Assembly: GCF_004010195.1 (NCBI RefSeq)
Contig: NC_057751.1
Coordinates: 11,460,578 to 11,524,577, forward strand
Length of the DNA: 64,000 bases
Direction: 5' to 3'
From: Chiloscyllium plagiosum
Lineage: Eukaryota
The position numbers and the translations under genes were made by a program. How positions within the stretch are numbered: the first letter of the stretch is position 1; each line of letters opens with the position of its first letter. The notes under the pieces are model-generated. The model had not been told where the DNA came from. It made no database searches and saw only the letters and a list, made by a program, of their open reading frames with translations. Shown here one piece after another: positions 1-12,497 of this stretch.

Positions 1-1355
1 ATTAGGAGAAAGTGAGGACTGCAGGTGCTGGAGAGGCAGAGTCAAAAAGAGAGACCATATCGAGAGCAACGGACACAGGAGATGAGGTGGGTGGATGGGC
101 AGGAAAATCTCTGTCAGATGTGGAAGGATCCTTTGGGGCCTTGGATGAAGGTGAGGGGAGAGGTGTGGGTGTAGTATTTACACCTCTTGAGGTGGCAAGG
201 AAAGGTGCTGTGAGTGGAGGGTGGGTTGGTGGGGTGGGGGTGTGGATCTAATGAGAGAGTCACAGAGGAAGTGGTCTCTGTGGAACGTGGATAGGGGTGG
301 GGAGGGAAATATATCTCTGGTGGTGGGGTCTGATTGTCGGTGGTGGAAATGGCAGAGGATGATGCTCTGGAAGGTGAGGAACTGGGGGGGTTCTCTTCTT
401 GTTGCAGTTGGAGGGGTAGGGTTCAAGGGCGGAGGTGCGGGAAGTGGAGGAGATGCACTATGGGCGTGGTTGATCAGGTGGGAGGGGAAATTGAAATACA
501 AGGCCATCTGGGATGTCCTGGAGTGGAATTGCTCCTCCTGGGAGCAGATATGGCGGAGGCGGAATGGATAGCATTTTTACTGGAGGGGGGATGGGAGGTG
601 GTATAGTCAAGATAGCTGTGGGAGTCAGTGGGTTTGAAATAGTTGTCCATGTTGAGTCAGTTGCCGGAGATAGAGATTGAGAGGTCCAGGAGGGAAGGAG
701 GGTGTCCAAGGTGGTCCATGTGAAGCTGAAAGGTTGGGTTGGAAGGGGTTTGTGAAGTTGATGAACTGTTTAATCTCCTTGTAGGAGCACGAGGTGGTGC
801 CGACACAGTCATTGATGTAGTAAAGGAAAAGGTGGGGAATGGTGCCGGTGTCACTGCGGAAGGTGAACTGTTCCATGTTCCTGACAAGGGGGCAGGCATA
901 ACTGGGGCCCATGTGGGTGCCCATGGCTACCCATTTAGTTTGGAGGAAGTGGGAGGATTTGAAAGAGAAGTTGTTGAAAGTGAGGACCAGTTCTACCAAT
1001 TAAATGAGTGCATCAGTGGAAGGGTACTAGATAGGTCAGCGGGCGATGAAGAAACTGAGGGCTTGGAGGGCCATGGCGGATGGACATGTTCAGGGATTGG
1101 ATGTCCATGGTGAAGATGAGACATTGGGGGACAGGGTAGTGAAAGTCATGGAGGAGGTGGAGAGCCTGGGTGGATTCCTGAACGTATGTGTGGAGATCCT
1201 CGACCAAGGGGAACAGGACGTTTTCAAGACATGAGGAGATAATTTGGTGGGGCAGGAGTAGGCAGAGACAATAGGTTGACTGGAGCAGTCAGGTTGTGAA
1301 TTTTAGGTAAGAGGGAGAACTGGGTGGTGCGCGGTTCTGGGACTGTGAGGTTAGA
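1..1355 (-). mobile_element. Penelope-like retroelement, decayed RT region plus terminus (inverted arm)
   Basis: Minus ORF 625..999 has FLQTKWVAMGTHMGPSYA...FLYYINDC, a decayed PLE RT (GxAMG and YIDD motifs). Bases 1-50 are the family terminus ggagaaagtgaggactgcag. Confidence 0.85.
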
Positions 1356-2790
1356 GGCTGTGAACAGCCTTCAGTTCACCTGGACCATTTCTGACACCTC
1401 CCTCCCCATCCTGAACCTCTCCATCTCCAGCGACCGACTCAACACAGACATCTACTACAAACCCACCGACTACAAAAGCTACCTGGACTACACCTCCTCC
1501 CACCCTGCTTCCTGTAAAATTGCTATCCCAATTCCCAAATCCTTCACCTCCGCCGCATCTGCTCCTAGGAGGAGCAATTCTACTCCTGGACATCCCAAAT
1601 GGTCTCATATTTCAAAGACCGCAATTTCCCTTCCCATGTGGTCAACAATGCCCTCCAGCACATACAGTCATAGCGTTATAGAGATGTACAGCATGGAAAC
1701 AGACCCTTCGGTCCAACCTGTCCGTGCTGACCAGATATCCCAACTCAATCTAGTCCCACCTGCCAGCACCCTGCCCATATCCCTCCAAACCCTTCCTATT
1801 CATATACCCATCCAGATGCCTCTTAAATGTTGCAATTGTACCAGCCTCCACCACATCCTCTGGCAGCTCATTCCATACACGGACTCCACTTCCCACACCT
1901 CCACCCTGGAACTCCATGCCTCCAACTACAATAAGAATGCAATACTTCCCCCCACCCCTGGTCCTCATCTTCCACCCCACCAACCTCTGGATACAACACA
2001 TCATCCTCCACCATTTCTGCCACCTCTGTGACTCTTTCGTTAGGTCCACATCCCCCACCAACCCACCCTCCACTCCTGGCATCTTCCCTTGCTACTATAA
2101 GAAGTGCAAAATCTGCACCCACACCTCCACCCCCACCCCCCACCTCAGACCAAGGCTTCAAAGGATCCTTTCACATCTGACAGAGATATTCCTGAACATC
2201 CAAACACCTCACCTACTGTGTCCATTGTTCTTGATGTGGTCTCCTCTACATTGGGGAGACAGGACACCAAGTTGTGGAACTTTTCAGAGACCATCTCCAG
2301 GATATACTGCCCCACAATCCCACTGCCCTGTGGCTGACCACTTCCACTGTCCCTCCCACTCCATCAAGGACATGCAAGTCCTGGGACTCCTCCACCGCCG
2401 TATGCTAGCCACCCGACACCTGGAAGAAGAATGTCTCATTTTCTGCCTTGGGACACTTCAACCACGACTTCAGCATCAACATCGATTTCACCAGGTTCTA
2501 CATCTCCCTCCCCTCACCTCATCCCAGATCCAACCCTCCAATTTGGCATCACTATCCATCTTCCTTCCCACCTATCCACTCCATCCTCCGCTCTGACCTA
2601 TTACCATCACCCCCCCACACCTGCATCAATCTAATGCCTTCCCACCCCAACCTGCTATTTATCTCTCAGCCCCCTTCCCCTCCTCCCCACAATTCCTGAT
2701 GAAGAGCTTATGTCTGAAACATCAACTCGCCTGTTTCTCAGAGGCTGCCTGACCTGCTGTGCTTTTCCAGCACCACACCTTTTGACCCTA
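1356..2790 (+). mobile_element. Penelope-like retroelement 3' half: RT thumb, GIY-YIG remnant, terminal repeat with decayed hammerhead
   Basis: FTWTISDTSLP..TDIYYKPTD..YLDYTSSHP in ORF 1324..2031; tgtggtctcctctacattggggagaca = CGLLYIGET at ~2236; CTGATGA..GAAAC at 2696-2720. Interrupted by a CR1 tail. Confidence 0.85.
1661..1880 (-). mobile_element. CR1/HER1-type LINE 3' end nested in the Penelope element
   Basis: Minus strand reads RVWNELPEDVVEAGTIATFKRHLDGYMNRKGLEGYG followed by a (gactctat)-like tail. Confidence 0.9.
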
Positions 2791-3249
2791 TCCACCATGA
2801 GATGTAAGGACAGCCTAAAACATAGAGTTTTGGGGTTGGGTGAACTAAAACCATGGTCACAGAGATGGCTTTTCAGAAGGGCTTTGAAGAAACAGACAAA
2901 AGCTGGTGAGGTTTAGCCCAGGTTTTCTTGAGAATGGGACCCAGGCAGCTGAAAACATGACTGCCCACCCTCTCCTTTCAGCCATGAACAACAAGCCAGA
3001 GCCAATGGTACAGAGAATTGGGAAGGTGTTTGCTGATGCAGAGGAGAATATAAGTTTGGTGTAAGGCTTAGGAGGATTCAGGTTTGAGATATGAATGGAA
3101 CCTGAGTGAATTGGTGATCTGACGAAGGGGAGAGTTCAGTAATAAATGTTCAAATCACTCATTTTGTTTTATCCCTCCACTGGCTATTAATAAATAACAG
3201 AAAGTGTTGTGTCAAGCTTCCTGATTTGATCAAATGAATATCTCTCGTG

Positions 3250-5430
3250 CATAGAGTTATAGAGTCAAAAAGCTGTACAGCATGGAAACAGACCCTTCAG
3301 TCCAACTCGTCCATGCTGACCAGATATCCTAACCTACTCCAGTCCCATTTGCCAGCACTTGGCCCATATCCCTCCAAACCCTTCTTATTCATGCACCCAT
3401 CCAGATGCCTTTTAAATGTTGTAATTGTACCAGCCTCCACCACTTCCTCTGGCAGCTTATTCCATACACGCACCACCCTCTGCGTGAAAAGATTGCCCCT
3501 TAGGTCTCTTTTATATCATTCCCCTCTCACCTGAAACCTATGCCTTCTAGTTCTGGACTTGCCCACCCCAGGGAAAAAACCTTGTCTATTTATCCTTTCC
3601 ATGCCCCTCATGGTTTTACTGACCTCTATAACTCCTCAGCCTCCGATGCTCCAGGGAAAACAGCCACAGTCTATTCAGCTTCTCCCTCTCACTCAAATCC
3701 TCCAACCCTGGCAGCATCCTTTTAAATCTTTTCTGAACCCTTTCAAGTTTCACAACATCCTTCCAATAGGAAGGAGACCAGAATTGCAGACAATATTCCA
3801 AAAGTGGCCCAACCAATGTCCTGTACAGCCACAACATGACCTCCCAATTCCTATACTCAATACTCTGACCAATAAAGGAAAGCATACTAAACGCCTTCTT
3901 CACTATCCTATCTACCTGCGACCCTACTTTCAAGGAGCTATGAACCTGCACTCCAAGGTCTCTTTGTTCAGCAACACTCCCTCGGACCTCACCGTTCTGA
4001 TTTGCTTTCCCAAAATGCAACACCGCACATTTATCTGAATTAAACTCCATCTGCCACTTCTCAGCCCATTGGCCCATCTGATCAAGATTCTGTTGTATTC
4101 TGAGCTAACTTTCTTTGCTGTCCACTACACCTCCAATTTTGGTGTCAGCTGCAAACTTACAAACTATACCTCCTCTGTTCACATCCAAATTATTGATATA
4201 AATGACGGAAGGTAATGGGCTCAGCACCGATCCTTGTGGCACTCCACTGGTCACAGGCCTCCAGACTGAAAAGCAACCCTCCACCCCACCACCCTCTGTC
4301 TTCTACCTTTGAGCCAGTTCAGTATCCAAATGGCTAGTTCTCCCTGTATTTGATCTAACCTTGCTAACCAGTCTCCCATGGGGAACCTTGTCGAATGCCT
4401 TACTGAAGTCCATATAGATCATATCCACTGCTCTGCTCTCATCAATCCTCTTTGTTACTTCTTCAAAAAACTCAGTCAAGTTGGTGAGACATGATTTCCC
4501 ACACACAAAGCCCTATTAATTATCCCTGATCAGTCCTTGCCTTTCTAAATACAAGTAAATCCTGTCCATCAGAATTCCCTCAAACAACTTGCCCACCACC
4601 AACATCAGGTTCATTGGCCTATAGTTCCCTAGCTTTTCCTTACCACCCTTCTTAAGCAGTGGCACCACAGTAGCCAACCTCCAGTCTTCTGGCACCTCAT
4701 CTGTGATATCGATGATACAAATATCTCAGCAAGGGGCCCAGCAATCACTTCCCTAGCTTCCCACAGAGTTCTAGGGCATACCTGATCAGGTCCTGAGGAT
4801 TTATCCATTTTTACATTTTAAGACACCCAACACCCCCTCCTCTGTAATATGGATATTTTTCAAGATGTCACCACCTATTTCCTCACATTCTAGATCTTCC
4901 ATGTCTTTTTCCACAGTTAACACTGATGCAAAATACTTGTTTATTATCTACCCCATCTCCTGTAGCTCCACACAAAGGCTGCCATGCTGATCTTTGAGGG
5001 ACTCTATTCTCTCCCTAGTTACCCTTTTGTCCTTAATGTTTTTGTAAACTCCCTTTGGATTCTCCTTAACTCTACTTGCCAAAGCTATCTCATGCTATCT
5101 TTTTGCCCTCCTGATTTCGCTCAAGTGTACTCCTACTGCCTTTATACTCTTCTAACGATTCACTCGATTTCTCCTGTCTATACCTGACATATACTTCCTT
5201 CTTTTTCTTAACCAAAAACCTCAAATTCTCTCGTCATCTTGCATTCCCTATACCTTTCAGCCTTTCCTTTCACTCTAACAGGAATATGTTGTCTCTCTAC
5301 TCTTATTATCTCATTTCTGAAGGCTTCCCATTTTCCAGCCATCCCTCTACCTGCGAACATCTGCTCCCAGTCAGCTTTTGAAAGTTCTTGCCTAATACCG
5401 TCAAAATTAGCCTTGCTCCAAATTCAAACT
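3250..5430 (-). mobile_element. CR1/HER1-type LINE, ~2.2 kb 5'-truncated, frameshifted
   Basis: Minus ORFs GKSCLTNLTEFFEEVTK..DMIYMDFSKAFDKVPH and WQMEFNSDKC..LEYCLQFWSP are CR1 RT; tail repeat at ~3250. Confidence 0.92.
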
Positions 5431-6089
5431 TCAACTTAGTCAGTGGTCTGTTGGACCTATCATGTAAAGAGGGATGCACAGTCTTAGCCAGGCTTTTACT
5501 CAAAACTAGTTGCCCAAAACTAGTGATTTCAAAATCACTAGTTTGAAAGTGATCATTTCATATGAGTGAGGCCTGGATTGCAAATGTGGGAAGTGTGAAA
5601 CGTTCCACCTTGATGGAGTTCACAGAGGCCATGTCTGCTGAAAGTCCCAGCATGTGCTCCACATTTCAACAATCTGGGTGCCAGGTTCCAAGTTAGATCA
5701 ACCCAGCAGGAAATCTGCACCTTGCCTATCCATCAGTTAAAGAGGCTGCTTCTCACCAGCCACCTCCACTACTTCCACCTCCCTGAATGCCTCACCACCC
5801 CTCCCCCCCCCCCCACTCCAGGTGCCAGGCTCTCTCAATCTTTGCCAATCCTCTCCAGAGGGAAAGACAAAGGATCTCGTCACCATTCAGAGGCTGAGAT
5901 CAGATACAGCTCAACAAGGAATGAGAGACGGTGGAAGCTGCTGTCTTTATCTGCCTATTGTGTGGCTCTGTAACTCTGTAACCTGGTTGACCCTTGGAGA
6001 GTAAGTGTACAATATACACTGGCGTGCCCGAGACCTTCCTGCTTAAACACAGGAAGGGTTTGGGTCATTGAGTTGGAGTCATAAAATCC

Positions 6090-6650
6090 TTGTCTCATAG
6101 AGCTTTCATAGCCAGGAGAAAGGCTATTCAACCCATCACGTCTGCACTGGGCATCAAACATCCAACTCTTTCATCCCATTTTCCAGCACCTAGCCCATCA
6201 CCTTCAATGTTGTGGTGTTTTGATTGTTCATCTGAAATACTTATGAAATACCTTCAGGTCCCCTGTCTCGACCACCCTTTCAGACAGTGAGTTCCAGATG
6301 CCCACCACCCCCTTTTCCTCAAATCCCCTCTAAATCTCCTGCTTCCTACCTGTAAAACTGCCCTCTGCTTATTGATGCCTCTACCAAGGGGAAAGGCTTC
6401 TCCCTGTGAAGCCTGTTTATGCCCCTCAGAACTTTGTACACCTCAGCTGGGTACCCCTGCCCCCGTCAGCTCTCTGATGAAAACAATCCCAGTCTAGGAA
6501 TGATGAAGGGCTTTTGCTTGAAATGTGGATTTTCCTGCTCCTCGGATACTGCCTGACCTGCTGTGCTTTTCCAGCACCACTCTAATCTCGACCATGATCT
6601 CCAGCATCTGCAGTCCTCACTTTCGCTTTGAAAACAATCCCAACCTACCA
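6090..6650 (-). mobile_element. Old CR1 3' fragment, interrupted by a Penelope mini-insert
   Basis: Diverged similarity to the other CR1 3' ends in the window (cccattttccagcac..gccc, caccaccc, cccctctaaatct). Confidence 0.6.
6497..6628 (+). mobile_element. Penelope-derived mini-element (decayed hammerhead plus terminus) with target duplication
   Basis: tgatgaagggcttttgcttgaaatgt...cagcatctgcagtcctcactttc, flanked by tgaaaacaatccca at 6478-6491 and 6629-6642. Confidence 0.85.
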
Positions 6651-7267
6651 AGATTTGGGAGGACCCTGAACCTGTGCAGTAAGATTATTATTCCACTTAT
6701 TTGGTTTCCTCTTATCCAATGTATACTTTGGGTTTCAGTTGTTGTGGCATCCACGTTTACTTGGTGCTTTTGATGCTGGCTGTTCTCCTCTTGACATGGA
6801 CAGACCTGTTGTGTAGTTTCACCAATTCATGCTTTTATTTCAGTGGAGAGAAATTGCTGTGGCATTTTCCCAGACCTAAGGGGATGTGTGAGGCTGACAG
6901 TAGGACAGCCAGATTTATAAATAAGTCTCCTGCCTTTCTTTAAAAAAAAGTGACTTCACTGTACAAACTGCCAATTTAGAAGCACAATGGTTCCTTCAAA
7001 ACCTCCCAGCTTGTCTGCTGTAAAGTCTGATTATATTTAGCTGTGAGTGGGATGCTGCATTTTGTCATGTCTGTGACTTGGAGCTTCATCACATTTGACT
7101 CAGGAAACCTTTGTTTACCTGCACTGTTAGAACTTCAAACAAAATTATAAATTAACAACAATAATGTGCAGTTGTGTAGCACCACAAACATCGTGCAAAT
7201 CAAGGTTACACCACAGAAGCCTCATCGAACAAAATTTGATCTTGAACCATGTGAGGTGAAACTGACC

Positions 7268-8100
7268 ATAAGGAAAAGGAACAGAAGAGGCCATTCAGCT
7301 CCTTGAGCCTTCTGCGCTATTCAATAGGATTATGGCTGATCCAACATTCCCCATGTCCACTTTCCAGCCCTTCGCCTATCATCCTTGATTCCCCTTCTGT
7401 CTCAGCCTCAAAAATACACAAGGACTCTGTTCCCTAAGCTTCCTGTGACAAGGAGTTCCAGAGACTCTCAAAACTCTGAGAGAAGAAATCCCTCCTCACC
7501 TCGGTCTTAATTTGGCACCTCTCTATTCTGAGACTGTGCACTCTGATCCCAGACTGTCCCATGAGTGGAAACATTTGTGCAGTCGATCTCCTGAAGATAC
7601 CTCTATCTTTCACTGAGATCACCTCTCATCCGACTAAACTCCAGTGAGTAGAGTCCAGGCCAGTTTAATTTTTGCTCATGAGACAATCTCTCCGTATGTG
7701 GTCTCACCAGCACCTTGTACTGTTGTATTAAGATTTTTCTACTCTCATACTCCAATCCCCTTGAAATCGGGTCCAGCATTCTCTTAACCTTCCTGATGAC
7801 CTGCTGTACCTGAGTGCTCACTTCCTTGTTCACAAGTCCCCCAAGTCCCTGTGTTGTATTTTTTCTCCAGTTAAGTCCTTTGCTCTCCATTCCAAAATGA
7901 GCAACTTCACATTTTCCCACATTATTGTCCGCTTGCCAACTTTTTTGCCCACTTCTTTAACATGTTAATATCTCCCTGCAAATTGTTTGTATCCCTCTCA
8001 TAAGCTGGCTTTCCACTTGTCTTTGTGTTTTCTGTAAATTTGACTGCAGTTTCTTTCTCCAAGTTATTTGGACAAATAACCAAAATTGTTTGACTCTAAA
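7268..8100 (-). mobile_element. Older CR1 subfamily, 3' ~0.8 kb
   Basis: Minus ORFs GKCEVAHFG..QYKVLVRPH..GLYSLEFSRMRGDL and RRDFFSQ..LWNSL. Confidence 0.8.
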
Positions 8101-8119
8101 ATTAGGTTTTAAGTTACGG

Positions 8120-8450
8120 ATTAAAGAAGAGAGAGGGAGAGGGGGTAGAGACTGAGGGTGGGACTTCCGGAGCTGAGGACTCAGTGATAGATGAAAACAT
8201 GGCTGCCAGTGGGGGCGGAGCAATTTCAAAGGTGGATGTGCAAGAGGTCAATTTTTGAGGAGACCAGAGAATTTGGAGGATTGTACAACCAGAAGAGGTC
8301 ACACAGAGAGGGAGGAGTGAGACCATGGAGGAATCTGAAATCAAGAAGGAACATTATCACATTGAGACATTGCCTGGCCAGTGATTAATGGACATCAGGG
8401 AGCTTAGGGGTGATTGGTGAATGCGACTTTGTGCAATTGGGGCTCCAGAT
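8120..8450 (-). mobile_element. Degenerate L2-like LINE fragment
   Basis: Resembles recalled shark L2 RT-upstream sequence; heavily decayed with no intact frame. Confidence 0.4.
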
Positions 8451-8799
8451 GTGCATATAAACTAATTGATAATTCTTCAAAGAAGAAATATTAAAACTGT
8501 TCTCAAGTCAACCCATCAATAATCAAATAACACATCATCGAGTTTGCTCTTTAAATATATAATAATTTCTAGACATTGCAAGCCACATCTAAAGTAAGTA
8601 GCAAAGTTCAGTGTGCACAATCAGAAAAGTTAAATAGTGAATATCTGAAACCACAAAAAACGTTCAGAATACATGAAAAATAGATAAACATTTTGAAAGA
8701 AACAGAAAATACAATAAGTATAAACAGATGTGGAATTTCTAATTTATTATTTGTAAACAGCGTGGCTTTGCTTAATAATTTGACTGACTTAATTTTCTG

Positions 8800-8935
8800 T
8801 ATACACACAGAAAACACGGCAAAACACACACATGTAAAAACACACAAATATGGACAAACACACACAGGCATAAACACACACAAATATGTATTTCAGACAC
8901 ACACACACACACCCACACACACACAAACAAAACAG
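8800..8935. repeat. Imperfect (CA)n-rich microsatellite
   Basis: acacacacacac arrays seen directly. Confidence 0.85.
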
Positions 8936-9717
8936 TGAAATAGAAGTTTCAGAAATTTGTTCCACACAGCTGTCTAGTTGTGAGAGTCTACAACTATAAT
9001 ATGAGACATGACATGGAAAATAGTGTAGGCAATTAACAATTGGGAAAGCTGACTCAAAAACCAGGTTAGCAGGAAGTAAAGTTTGTGGAGAGGCGGGGAA
9101 CATTCTGTGTGCATGCTGTAAAAGCAAAGAAGGAAGCAAATCCACTAAAGGTGAAGAAGCTGAAATTGTACAAGCTTTTTCACTGTTATTAATGCTTTCT
9201 ACTGTTGTCTTCAGGAGTTTCCTGTTATTGGATTCATGTTGGCTGCACACCAGTATTGAATAGTGATGAATGAATGATAGCCATTCGAGGAATGAGGCTG
9301 GGTCATGTTTCCCTTTCGTCAAAGTATGGCTTGAGATCTGAAGACCTGATAAAACCCTGCTGGCTTCACTTATTTTTTTTCAATTTAGCCCATTTTCCAG
9401 TCAACCTGCTCAGAGATGTTATTACACACCACTGGAGCAGGTGGGACTTGAACCCCAGTCTCTTGGTCCAGGATCATGGACACCACCACTATGCTCTTGT
9501 TGTCTGTCACCGAATGAGAATTCTAGTTAACACCAGCACAGTGTACAAATTCCAACCTGATCAAGATTTGACAAGGAAGCCAGGCAAGGGGAATTAATCT
9601 AGTGCAGTGGGACCCAAGAGAGATGGTATAGGATTCCCCCAGGGCGAGCTTCCTAATCTCCGGAGAAATTGCAGCCTTTTTTATAGTATTAACAATGGAT
9701 TAAAATTATAATGTGTA

Positions 9718-10085
9718 AAAAGACTTGCATTTAAGATAGTGCCTTTCATGACCTCAGAACGTCCCTGAATTCTTTGTAGACAACGCAGTCATTTTAATGT
9801 CATGTGGGAATCAAGGCAACCAATTTGTGCACAGCAAGCTCCCAAAACAGCAGTGAGGTTTCAAGTGAGATGACAGGAATAAATATGAACCAGGCCACCA
9901 GAGATCAACACCTCTTGCTCTTTGTCAAGCAATGTCAAAGGATTTTTATGTCAAAGCTGACTGGGCCATATCTTAACTTCCTCAGGCCTACACTGGAGTA
10001 TTAGCCTAGAATTCTAAGCCCATTATCTGGAGCATGACACAAACCCTCAGATAACTGTTCTGAGTCAGAGACATGTATGCTGCAG
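9718..10085 (-). mobile_element. DeuSINE/SacSINE1-like SINE
   Basis: aaagacttgcattta..gcctttcatgacctcagaacgtccc..gcaaccaatttgtgcacagcaagctcccaaaacagc, i.e. a Deu-domain with L2-like tail. Homologous copies lie at 31.1, 37.3 and 43.1 kb. Confidence 0.65.
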
Positions 10086-11057
10086 TGAGTCACAGCTGGT
10101 GATGTGCTGACATATAAATAAAAGCAGAAGAAATAGGAGCAAGAGAAGAATAATTATGGTGTGTGTGACATTCCACTTGTCTGCCACTGAATGAACACAC
10201 CTCATGGCAAAGGAGTGTCCAACTTTTCTGTCTCTCTGAATCATTAAGAGTGTGCACCATTATCCCCCAGGGTAATAGATAACAGTACAAATTCCATTCA
10301 TTTCTTACAGTCTCACGTTGCTGGTGCTGACAGATCCTGATGTTCTGATCTGGGTTTTATGTCTCATCAAGGCCAAAAGAGCCAAAAAAATCGATTTTGA
10401 GCCCCCGGACCCATATCATTTAAACAGGATAATTCATTGAGTAAGAGATGTGTGCCCCAAGTAGAAATGAAATACTTGAGTTTTGAGAGGCAGATTGGCA
10501 AGCTTTCAAAGACTATGAAAGCCCAACTAACAGTCAGAACCACTCCGGGTGAGATCTTTTGATAAATGAGCAAAGAACTTTATGCAAATGCTCATTGTAC
10601 TTCCTCTTAACTATGTATGGGGCGGGTTCAGTCTGCAGGAGTTGTGGGGGATTTTTTGTGTTTGTTGGTTGGATGTGGGCAGCACAGATTCAGCCAGCAC
10701 TTTTTGCCCATTCCCAAGTGCCCTTCAGAAGGTGGTGGTGAGCTGCCTTCTTGAACCGCTGTCGTCCAAGTTGTATTTGGACACCCATGGTGCTGTATCA
10801 GGAGAAGATTTAAAAAGGCAATAGCCTCATGGACCCCATATTCCTGTTATCACTTCAGTGCGCAGTGACACTGGTAATGGTCAGTGAGCAGCTCTCCAGT
10901 GAACATAGACAATCACAGGTGGATGGAGAACAGGGAAAAGTACTTCTTAAAAACGAGATTGATATTAAACCCATAACAGTAGGCGGAATGAATTTGATTC
11001 TGATCTTACTTAGAATCAGATTTGATCTTAGGAAAGAAAAGACTTGCATACATGTGT

Positions 11058-11350
11058 GGACAGCACAATGGCACAGTGGTTAGCACTGTTGCCTCACAGC
11101 ACCAGGGACCTGGGTTCAATCCCCATCTCAGGCAACTGACTGTGTGGCGTTTGCACATTCTCCCCATGTCTGTGCGGGTTTGCTCTGGTTTCCTCTCACA
11201 GTCCAAAAATGTAGAGGTTAGGTGAATTGGCCATGATAAGTTGCCCCTAGTGTCAGCGGCAAATGTAGGAGTCTGGATAGGTTGCACTTTGGTGGGTCGG
11301 TGTGGACGTGTTGGGCCGAAGGGCCTGTTTCCACACTGTAATCTAATGTA
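11058..11350 (+). mobile_element. HE1-type tRNA-derived SINE
   Basis: A box TGGCACAGTGG, B box GGTTCAATCCC, body tgtgtgg.gtttgcacattctcccc, and CR1-like tail gggccgaagggcctgtttccacactgt+aatct. Confidence 0.9.
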
Positions 11351-11749
11351 ACAGCTGTTATGGGCATTTTGGAAGAAAAGTGACGTTCCCAGTGAGCTAC
11401 ACCAATTTTAATGGCTTGGCAAGTTCTGAACTAATATCTTGAATTTTGAAAGGAGAATAATCTGGGATCTGTTAAAGACTACTGAACAGACATCTACCTT
11501 GACATTCTGTGAGAGTAGAACCAGAGGTTGTGAAGTTATAACAATCAGCAATCGCCACTAGATGGTTATAGCACTGCCTCCAACAGCAGGTGGCAATAGT
11601 GGGGGAGAGAACATCAGTTTCTCTGGACCTGTTCCTGCAGCGAGCAGTGTGTTTGTAAACTGGGGAGCTCAGAGACGGGTTGACTATGGGCAAGACATGT
11701 AGAAGAAGGAAAGATATGAAACCTGCAAGGGTGCAGAATATTTACAAGG

Positions 11750-12045
11750 ATATAGAATATAGAAAAGTACAGCACAAAACAGACCCTCTGGCCCACGATG
11801 TTGTGCCGAGATTTAATCCTAATGTAAAATATAGTAAATTAACCTACACACCCCACAACTCACTGTTAGCCATGTGCATGTCCAGCAGTCGCTTAAATGT
11901 CCCTAATGACTCTGCTTCCACCACCTCAACTCCATGCATTCACAACTCTCTGCATAAAGAACCTACCTCTGACGCTTTATACCTTCCTCCTAATATCTTC
12001 AAACTATGACTTCTCATACCATGTCAATCCTGCCCTGGGGAAAAG
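11750..12045 (-). mobile_element. CR1 LINE 3' end (second subfamily, ttctata tail)
   Basis: tagaatatagaaaagtacagcac..cagaccct.tggcccacgatgttgtgccg, the reverse complement of a CR1 3' UTR. Confidence 0.75.
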
Positions 12046-12047
12046 TC

Positions 12048-12497
12048 AGGGTTGGAGGGTTTGAGCTGTAGGGAGAGGCTGAATCGGTTTGGGCTGTTTT
12101 CCCTGGAGCATCTGGGGCTCGGGGGTGACCTTATGGAAGTTCACAAAATCATGACGCGTATGGATTGGGTGAATAGCCACGGTCTTTTCCCCAGGGTAGG
12201 GAAGTCTAAAACGAGAGGGCATAGGTTTTCAGGTGGTAGGACAAAGAATGAAAAGGGACCCAGGTGGCAACTTGTTCACCAGAGCTTGGTGTGTGTGTGG
12301 AATGAGCTGCCAGAGGAAATGGTGGAGGCTGGTACAATGACAACATTTAAAAGGCATCTAAATGGGTATATCAATAGCAAGGGTTTAGAGGGATATGGCC
12401 CAAATACAGGCAAATGGACTAGATTATGTTGGGATATCTGGTTGGCATGAACGAGTTGGACCAAAAGGTCTGTTTCCGTGCTGTACATCTCTATGAC
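12048..12497 (+). mobile_element. CR1/HER1-type LINE 3' end
   Basis: EGLSCRERLNRFGLFSLE..VWNELPEEMVEAGT..FKRHL followed by a ctctatga tail. Confidence 0.9.

Noticed and set aside
11058..11135. tRNA genes at HE1 heads (also 23330-23402, 41304-41375, 50645-50715)
   Set aside because: A/B boxes run directly into SINE body and LINE-like tail; no complete cloverleaf evident.
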